A stretch of 64,000 nucleotides of DNA, from positions 64,001 through 128,000 of IMG/VR virus record IMGVR_UViG_3300034062_004313. One strand, given 5' to 3'. The notes under the pieces are model-generated. The model did no database searches and was not told where the DNA came from. It saw nothing but the letters and a program-made list of their open reading frames with translations. The translations under genes were made by a program, and so were the position numbers. Below, piece by piece: positions 41,720 to 46,512 of the stretch (the first letter of the stretch is position 1; each line of letters begins with the position of its first letter). The DNA is from a virus.

Positions 41720-41813
41720 CTAGTTGTGGACGAGAGGTTTATGTCATTAGTCTTGGAAACTAATATCTGCACACAGATGGTGTGGGTCAAGGGTTCGACT
41801 CCCTTCAACTAGA
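41720..41813 (+). tRNA. tRNA-Pro(UGG) with long variable arm
   Basis: acceptor CTAGTTG/CAACTAG, A73; anticodon arm TTAGT-CTTGGAA-ACTAA; T loop TTCGACT. Confidence 0.8.
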
Positions 41814-41823
41814 CTTTTAATTT

Positions 41824-41896
41824 GCCTTACGAAGCTTTTATGGATGAAGTGTACTCTTGTAAAGTACGGAACTGGACTCGATTTCCAGCTAAGGCT
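41824..41896 (+). tRNA. tRNA-Thr(UGU)
   Basis: GCCTTA/TAAGGC acceptor; GTACT-CTTGTAA-AGTAC. Confidence 0.8.
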
Positions 41897-41902
41897 CAAA
41901 TT

Positions 41903-41975
41903 GGAGAAGAAGCTAACTTGGTAGAAGCGTTAGACTGAAAATCTAAAGGAGTTGGTCCGAAACCAACCTTCTCCG
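41903..41975 (+). tRNA. tRNA-Phe(GAA)
   Basis: GGAGAAG/CTTCTCC; TTAGA-CTGAAAA-TCTAA. Confidence 0.85.
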
Positions 41976-41977
41976 CT

Positions 41978-42052
41978 AAATACTTAATGAAACAATAAAG
42001 GAACAAAGGGGTCCGGGTAGAAATACGTTAGCGCCCATTGATTTAAGTATTT
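41978..42052 (+). ncRNA. unknown ~75-nt structured RNA within tRNA operon 1
   Basis: closing stem AAATACTTAA/TTAAGTATTT; GC-rich core with GTA-GAAA-TAC tetraloop. Confidence 0.45.
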
Positions 42053-42057
42053 TTTAT

Positions 42058-42129
42058 TCCTATGTGGTGTAATGTAACATCCACGCCTTTGAAGCGTTGA
42101 GATTGGTGGTTCAAGTCCATCTATAGGAA
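42058..42129 (+). tRNA. tRNA-Gln(UUG)
   Basis: TCCTATG/TATAGGA; ACGC-CTTTGAA-GCGT; T arm GGTGG-TTCAAGT-CCATC. Confidence 0.82.
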
Positions 42130-42131
42130 CT

Positions 42132-42206
42132 GTCTAAGTGTTCTGACTGGATTCAGATGAATGACTGTGAATTATTCAAAAAGGGTTCGAATCCCACTTA
42201 GACCCA
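42132..42206 (+). tRNA. tRNA-His(GUG)
   Basis: GTCTAAG/CTTAGAC; AATGA-CTGTGAA-TTATT; C discriminator; T-stem register imperfect. Confidence 0.78.
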
Positions 42207-42210
42207 ATAT

Positions 42211-42283
42211 ATAGGTACTCATGGCTGGCGTGATAAACAATCTCCAAAATTGTGATTTGTTGAATCGTTCTCAACTACCTATG
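42211..42283 (+). tRNA. tRNA-Trp(CCA), divergent
   Basis: ATAGGTA/TACCTAT, G73; ACAAT-CTCCAAA-ATTGT; atypical T loop ATCGTTC. Confidence 0.7.
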
Positions 42284-42339
42284 CTTTATAGGTCTATATA
42301 CCTATATTTATAGATTATAGGTTTTAAAGGCTATAATTT

Positions 42340-42415
42340 GTCCAGATACCTAATATTGATTTTGGGATAGGTCTGCAACACCTATTAAATATCGGTTTGA
42401 TTCCGATTCTGGACT
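42340..42415 (+). tRNA. tRNA-Cys(GCA)
   Basis: GTCCAGA/TCTGGAC, U73; TAGGT-CTGCAAC-ACCTA. Confidence 0.82.
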
Positions 42416-42429
42416 CTATTAAAAATAAA

Positions 42430-42461
42430 TTTTTTTATTTGAAAAAGATTTCGTATATTTG
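42430..42461 (+). promoter_or_regulatory. promoter of tRNA operon 2
   Basis: -7 element TATATTTG (42454-61) in the same TTTCGTATATTTGC context as the operon 3 promoter. Confidence 0.7.
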
Positions 42462-42486
42462 CTGTATAAATAATAAACATTCAACA

Positions 42487-42567
42487 ATGCAACTTATAAA
42501 TATGATAGTGGATAACGGTATTGGAGCAAACGAGAAGTTTGGCTTCAGGTATTCTATTGTCGTATAA
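42487..42567 (+). CDS. attenuator leader peptide 2 (MQLINMIVDNGIGANEKFGFRYSIVV)
   Basis: codons 4-17 are only Ile/Asn/Met/Val/Asp/Gly/Ala/Glu/Lys, the tRNAs of operon 2. Confidence 0.88.
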   Translation: MQLINMIVDNGIGANEKFGFRYSIVV

Positions 42568-42588
42568 TTACTTACTAACCCGATAAAG

Positions 42589-42619
42589 AATCCTGAGGCC
42601 CATCGCTTCGGGATTTTTT
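42589..42619 (+). terminator. attenuator terminator 2
   Basis: AATCCTGAGGC-CCATC-GCTTCGGGATT plus T tract; 42581-600 can instead pair with 42541-62. Confidence 0.9.
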
Positions 42620-42623
42620 GTTT

Positions 42624-42698
42624 AATCTCGTAGCAAAATGTGGCTTTGCTTCAGCCTTTTAAGCTGACTAAAAATGGGTTCGACTCCCATCGGGATTA
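42624..42698 (+). tRNA. tRNA-Lys(UUU)
   Basis: AATCTCG/CGGGATT; TCAGC-CTTTTAA-GCTGA. Confidence 0.88.
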
Positions 42699-42704
42699 CT
42701 AAAT

Positions 42705-42777
42705 GGCTCTTTAGCTCAGTGGTAGAGCTTCGTTTTTACATGACGAGAAAGCACTTGTCCGATTCAAGTAAGAGCTA
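42705..42777 (+). tRNA. tRNA-Val(UAC)
   Basis: GGCTCTT/AAGAGCT; canonical D arm; TCGTT-TTTACAT-GACGA. Confidence 0.82.
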
Positions 42778-42778
42778 C

Positions 42779-43108
42779 ATGAAATATATATTAGGAATAC
42801 TGTTCTTATTAATTATAGGAACAGCAACAAAAACAGGAATTGCAAGTTATTATCATAACAAGTTTCAAGGAAGGAAAACTGCTAGTGGTGAATTATATGA
42901 TAAACATAAATTAACAGCAGCTTCTAATCAATATAAACTTGGTGATAGTGTAAGAGTAACAAATACTAAGAATGGTAAAAGTGTAAATGTTACAGTAAAT
43001 GACCGTATGGCTAATAATGGAAGACTAATTGATTTAAGTAGAAGTGCTGCTGATAGTCTTGGTTTTATTAAGGATGGTTTAGTTGTAGTTAAAGTTAGTA
43101 TATTATAA
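42779..43108 (+). CDS. rlpA: RlpA-like double-psi beta-barrel protein (lytic transglycosylase family)
   Basis: hydrophobic N-terminus; GIASYY...GRKTASGE.YD...LTAA...VRVTN..NGKSV.V.VNDR...R.IDLS..AA..LG; start moved to ATG 42779 because the longer ORF overlaps tRNAs. Confidence 0.85.
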   Translation: MKYILGILFLLIIGTATKTGIASYYHNKFQGRKTASGELYDKHKLTAASNQYKLGDSVRVTNTKNGKSVNVTVNDRMANNGRLIDLSRSAADSLGFIKDGLVVVKVSIL

Positions 43109-43113
43109 ATATC

Positions 43114-43187
43114 TGTTTTGTAGCTCAGTGGCCTAGAGCGTGAAGCTGTTAACTTCAGGGTCGTGGGTTCGAATCCCATCAGGACAG
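43114..43187 (+). tRNA. tRNA-Asn(GUU)
   Basis: TGTTTTG/CAGGACA, G73; TGAAG-CTGTTAA-CTTCA. Confidence 0.92.
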
Positions 43188-43192
43188 CATAT

Positions 43193-43277
43193 TGTGGGAT
43201 GGTGTAATTGGTAACACGCAAGGCTCATAACCTTGAGACAGAAAATGCTAGCAAGGGTTCGAATCCCTTTCCCGCAA
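43193..43277 (+). tRNA. tRNA-Met(CAU) with extended variable region
   Basis: TGTGGGA/TCCCGCA; CAAGG-CTCATAA-CCTTG. Confidence 0.82.
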
Positions 43278-43282
43278 CACAA

Positions 43283-43355
43283 GCAGTATAGGCAGATTGG
43301 CTTATGCACCTCACTTCCAATGAGGACATGGTGGGTTCGATTCCTACATGCTGCA
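43283..43355 (+). tRNA. tRNA-Gly(UCC)
   Basis: GCAGTAT/ATGCTGC; CCTCA-CTTCCAA-TGAGG. Confidence 0.88.
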
Positions 43356-43402
43356 CAAAAATTATATTATGAAAAATTCTTTAAAAGAAGGTGAAGAGAT
43401 AT

Positions 43403-43475
43403 ACTCTCATCTTCTAGTTGGTCAGGATAACACACTTTCAATGTGTTGACACGGGTTCAAGCCCCGTTGGGAGTG
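43403..43475 (+). tRNA. tRNA-Glu(UUC)
   Basis: ACTCTCA/TGGGAGT; ACACA-CTTTCAA-TGTGT. Confidence 0.88.
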
Positions 43476-43485
43476 CTTTAAAAAT

Positions 43486-43559
43486 GGTAGATGGGTCTGC
43501 TGGATGAAGATGTCGGTCTGTCGAACCGAAGATGATGGGTTTGAATCCCATATCTACCG
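43486..43559 (+). tRNA. tRNA-Asp(GUC)
   Basis: GGTAGAT/ATCTACC, G73; TCGGT-CTGTCGA-ACCGA. Confidence 0.85.
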
Positions 43560-43564
43560 CATTA

Positions 43565-43639
43565 GGACTTGTAGCCAAGTTGGTAAAGGCCCTTGACTCA
43601 TAATCAAGAGATGCAATGGTTCGAGACCATTCAAGTCCA
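43565..43639 (+). tRNA. tRNA with CAU anticodon, probably Ile2 (lysidine); Met not excluded
   Basis: GGACTTG/CAAGTCC Ile-like acceptor; CTTGA-CTCATAA-TCAAG; leader 2 has two ATA codons. Confidence 0.75.
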
Positions 43640-43644
43640 CATAT

Positions 43645-43716
43645 AGGAATATAGTAGAAGGGTTATCACAATTGACTGATACTCAATTAATATAGGTTCG
43701 AATCCTATTGTTCCTA
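43645..43716 (+). tRNA. tRNA-Ile(GAU)
   Basis: AGGAATA/TGTTCCT; ATTGA-CTGATAC-TCAAT. Confidence 0.85.
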
Positions 43717-43721
43717 CATTT

Positions 43722-43794
43722 GGGGATAAAGCTCTAGCGGATGAGCATCTGCCTTGCACGTAGAAGGTTACGATTTCGAGTGTCGTTATCTCCA
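43722..43794 (+). tRNA. tRNA-Ala(UGC)
   Basis: GGGGATA/TATCTCC with G3:U70; TCTGC-CTTGCAC-GTAGA. Confidence 0.88.
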
Positions 43795-43818
43795 CATAGG
43801 GGTTCGGAAAATAATTAG

Positions 43819-43854
43819 CTACATCTCTTTATTAATAAGGGTTGTAGCTTTTTT
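43819..43854 (+). terminator. terminator ending tRNA operon 2
   Basis: AGCTACA.CTCTT...AAGGG.TGTAGCT plus T tract. Confidence 0.75.
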
Positions 43855-43930
43855 ATTGTCTCAAATATTGTAATAATTTGCGACATAATTTATTTTTTGT
43901 CAGGTTATAACCTTTCTTTATCTTTGTTTT

Positions 43931-44098
43931 ATGAATTGGCATATACTACCTGTAAATGATATAGAATATCATGAAGAATCTACCACTTGTAAGTGTGAAC
44001 CACAAGTAGAATTTATAGAAGGAGATATGCTAATTATACAAAACTCTTTTGATGGTAGAGAAGGAGTTGAATGGGTAAATGAAATTTTAAATAAATAA
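43931..44098 (+). CDS. 55-aa hypothetical protein (MNWHILPVNDIEYHEESTTCKCEPQ...SFDGRE...)
   Basis: translated by hand; H..H..CxC pattern; TATCTTTG element 4 nt upstream. Confidence 0.65.
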   Translation: MNWHILPVNDIEYHEESTTCKCEPQVEFIEGDMLIIQNSFDGREGVEWVNEILNK

Positions 44099-44130
44099 TT
44101 TGGAAAATTCAAAATAATTTCGTATATTTG
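44099..44130 (+). promoter_or_regulatory. promoter of tRNA operon 3
   Basis: TTTG-N20-TATATTTG, full Bacteroidota consensus. Confidence 0.8.
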
Positions 44131-44134
44131 CTTT

Positions 44135-44203
44135 ATGAAAACATTATCACTATATAGTTCCTCAAGTTATCTCTTATTAAGAGACAGGGATTGTATTGTG
44201 TAA
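44135..44203 (+). CDS. attenuator leader peptide 3 (MKTLSLYSSSSYLLLRDRDCIV)
   Basis: codons 4-15 are only Leu/Ser/Tyr, the tRNAs of operon 3. Confidence 0.88.
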   Translation: MKTLSLYSSSSYLLLRDRDCIV

Positions 44204-44231
44204 ATAGCTATAAGCTTTTAGCTCCCCTAAC

Positions 44232-44263
44232 AATCCCTTGTCTTTCCAGATGAGGGATTTTTT
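44232..44263 (+). terminator. attenuator terminator 3
   Basis: AATCCCTTGTCT-TTCC-AGATGAGGGATT plus T tract; 44230-43 can instead pair with 44182-94. Confidence 0.9.
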
Positions 44264-44266
44264 ATT

Positions 44267-44339
44267 GGCTCTATGACGTAATCGGCAACCGTCTTGGCTT
44301 TAGACCCCAAGTTTTCCAGTTCGAATCTGGATAGAGCTA
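44267..44339 (+). tRNA. tRNA-Leu(UAG) lacking a long variable arm
   Basis: GGCTCTA/TAGAGCT, A73; TTGG(C)-TTTAGAC-(C)CCAA. Confidence 0.75.
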
Positions 44340-44394
44340 CAAATTAGCAGCCCTCTATGGATAATTCTATTGACGAATAGAATATGGGCAAAAT

Positions 44395-44477
44395 ATTCCT
44401 GTGGTGAAATGGTGAGACACGGCAGACTTAAAATCTGCTACGGAGAAACGTTGCTGGTTCGAATCCAGTCAGGAATA
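44395..44477 (+). tRNA. tRNA-Leu(UAA)
   Basis: ATTCCTG/CAGGAAT; GCAGA-CTTAAAA-TCTGC; variable arm present. Confidence 0.9.
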
Positions 44478-44480
44478 CTT

Positions 44481-44565
44481 AGCAGAATGTCAGAGTGGTT
44501 TATTGTGATAGTCTTGAAAACTATTGGGTGTAAAAGCTCCTTGGGTTCGAATCCCAATTTTGCTG
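44481..44565 (+). tRNA. tRNA-Ser(UGA)
   Basis: AGCAGAA/TTTTGCT, G73; ATAGT-CTTGAAA-ACTAT; variable arm. Confidence 0.88.
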
Positions 44566-44569
44566 CAAT

Positions 44570-44658
44570 AGAAGATTGTGTGAGTGGCTTAAACAACCAG
44601 TTTGCTAAACTGGCGAGGGATTAAAACACCTCCATTGGTTCAAATCCAATATCTTCTG
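44570..44658 (+). tRNA. tRNA-Ser(GCU)
   Basis: AGAAGAT/ATCTTCT, G73; CCAGT-TTGCTAA-ACTGG; variable arm. Confidence 0.9.
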
Positions 44659-44663
44659 CATAT

Positions 44664-44756
44664 TGTGTTGTAACGGCAGTAGACTGTAAATCTACTCTGC
44701 ATAACAAATTGTCGTACTGGTCTCGCAGTAAGAAGGTTCGAATCCTTTCAACACAA
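44664..44756 (+). tRNA. tRNA-Tyr(GUA) without a D arm, with enlarged variable region
   Basis: TGTGTTG/CAACACA, A73; GTAGA-CTGTAAA-TCTAC; canonical T arm; only 8 nt between acceptor and anticodon stems. Confidence 0.7.
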
Positions 44757-44782
44757 CATTAACTTATTATTAACTATAGACA

Positions 44783-44814
44783 TTTGACTATATAAAGTAA
44801 ATAGTCTATTTTTG
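44783..44814 (+). promoter_or_regulatory. Bacteroidota sigma promoter for a small RNA
   Basis: TTTG-N20-TATTTTTG with a GACTAT/ATAGTC inverted repeat. Confidence 0.7.
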
Positions 44815-44818
44815 TATT

Positions 44819-44956
44819 GTACAAATTCCCAACCGTCATAGGAGATTTGTATTTAATTAACAATAACTATATATTCGATTGATGTAACTTTGTTCTTAGG
44901 AACGCAACTTGACGGTTGGGACCCCTTGTACTTAATTGTATGAGGGGATTTTTTTT
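44819..44956 (+). ncRNA. candidate ~140-nt small RNA with its own promoter and terminator
   Basis: 12-bp stem TCCCAACCGTCA (44827-38) / TGACGGTTGGGA (44910-21); terminator CCCCTTGTAC...GTATGAGGGG-A-T8. Confidence 0.6.
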
Positions 44957-45054
44957 GCAGACATCCGAGGTTTTTCTTTCCTTCTTTTACGTCCTCCACA
45001 AAAATAAAAGAGTGTCATTAAGATAGTATAGTATATTACACTTGGTATATTATA

Positions 45055-45290
45055 TGATAGGATGTAGAAAAATCAGCAATGTCTAAGGTGACAACTGGAC
45101 CTGAACGAAATTATCAGCAAAAACTACATTCCTCCGTGAAAAATAAAATCATCTTATAGCTGATAATTATTTGTAGATGATTGGCAGGACATGGGAATCT
45201 TAGGTTGACAATATGTTTATAGGAGTATGTGTTAACTATAAATACATTATCCCAACAGGGGAAGACCTTGTTCAGGATAGACCCCCTTAT
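45055..45290 (+). ncRNA. candidate multi-stem structured RNA
   Basis: no credible ORF; stems 45109-18/45159-68, 45100-06/45270-76, 45147-54/45175-82, 45060-67/45124-32. Confidence 0.4.
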
Positions 45291-45316
45291 GTAAATTAAC
45301 AATAAAATGTAAAACT

Positions 45317-45622
45317 ATGAAAAACCACAAAATGACATCATATCAATTCATGATGTTAATGCAAGAATTACCAAATCCAATGTATTATGCTAGAAATGGA
45401 GCTAATGTAGGATTTAGAGTAAAAGTAGGATATTTAAAGAAGTCCATTGATAATACTCCTACAATATTAATAAATCCTAATTCTCAACCTATGAAGATGG
45501 CAGAAGTTGAACAGGTAGAATTTGAATTAGTTCCGAACAATACTATTTGGTATTGGCAACCTGTAGAACCAATTACTATAATAACATTAGATAAGAAAGA
45601 GTACATTAAAAATTGGGAATAA
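45317..45622 (+). CDS. hypothetical protein
   Basis: 101-aa ORF. Confidence 0.65.
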   Translation: MKNHKMTSYQFMMLMQELPNPMYYARNGANVGFRVKVGYLKKSIDNTPTILINPNSQPMKMAEVEQVEFELVPNNTIWYWQPVEPITIITLDKKEYIKNWE

Positions 45623-45930
45623 TGAATATAATAAAATGGTATAAAAGAGTATTTAGAATTCTTACTATAGAAGAATGTAAAGAATTAGGATTAGTACATT
45701 CTCATAATATATATGGTGATAGTATTAATCATTTAAATTGTAGAAGTATTTGGAAAGATGAAAAGGATAGAACATATAGGTGTGAAAGTTTAATACCTAC
45801 TATAGGAGTACTAGATTTATGGATTTTAAAAATGAAAAATCAAGATAAAGTACAACCAATAACTCAAGAAGAATATAATAAAATAAGAGATGAAGAATTT
45901 GAAAGGCTCAAGACTTTATATTCGCCTTAA
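45613..45930 (+). CDS. hypothetical protein
   Basis: NIYGD.INHLNCRSIW motif. Confidence 0.65.
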   Translation: MGIMNIIKWYKRVFRILTIEECKELGLVHSHNIYGDSINHLNCRSIWKDEKDRTYRCESLIPTIGVLDLWILKMKNQDKVQPITQEEYNKIRDEEFERLKTLYSP

Positions 45931-45967
45931 CAAATAATAGTGTAATTTTGGCTTCTAAATAAAAATC

Positions 45968-46288
45968 ATGAAAGTATTAACAGAAGGACATTATTATGAA
46001 CTAGAACATTTTGAAAAAGATGAATCGGGTAGTTCAGAAAGTTTACAATTTATCGAAAAGGTTCCAAAAGGTGAAGGGAAAGTACAAGATTTAGTAACAG
46101 TAAATAATGGAACTACAAATGAAGAAGTTCTTAAAGTTCTAATAAATAGAATGAACTATTTACAAGCAAAATTTCCATGTAGAGAAAATGCTATTGTAAT
46201 TACAAAACTTGAAGAAAGTCTAATGTGGTTAGAAAAAAGAACTGTTGATAGAATAGCTAGAAATGTAGAAGGTAAACAATTAAAATAA
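45968..46288 (+). CDS. Tad1-like anti-defence sponge protein
   Basis: NGTTNEEVL.VLI.R...LQ..FPCRENA..ITKLEE.LMWL..R..DR..RNVEG resembles the recalled Tad1 C-terminal signature. Confidence 0.7.
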   Translation: MKVLTEGHYYELEHFEKDESGSSESLQFIEKVPKGEGKVQDLVTVNNGTTNEEVLKVLINRMNYLQAKFPCRENAIVITKLEESLMWLEKRTVDRIARNVEGKQLK

Positions 46289-46296
46289 AATAAACT

Positions 46297-46512
46297 ATGA
46301 AAAAACAATTATTTACGTATGCTGTATTATTCCATCAGCATGAAGAGAAAGAGGGAAAATTGGAATACAAAGAAACACTTATTCTTGTAGAACCAAAAGT
46401 GATTTTAGCAAAGAATAGTAATGAAGTAGCATTCAAAGCTACAAGAGACGTACCAGAACAATATGCAGGATTTTCAGAAAATGTAGAAATTATAGTACGC
46501 CCTTTTAAATAG
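46297..46512 (+). CDS. small hypothetical protein ending IIVRPFK
   Basis: 71-aa ORF; possible frameshift extension. Confidence 0.7.
   Translation: MKKQLFTYAVLFHQHEEKEGKLEYKETLILVEPKVILAKNSNEVAFKATRDVPEQYAGFSENVEIIVRPFK

Noticed and set aside
42674-42778. N-terminal extension of the 144-aa ORF 42674..43108
   Set aside because: It overlaps tRNA-Lys and tRNA-Val; the ATG at 42779 gives a normal hydrophobic N-terminus.
41585-44263. T-box or metabolite riboswitch as the control element of the tRNA operons
   Set aside because: No T-box AGGGTGGNACCGCG motif or Stem I; the leaders are short ORFs with matched codons.
44370-44624. 84-aa ORF here and the minus-strand ORF 42928..43221
   Set aside because: Both are translations of tRNA genes.
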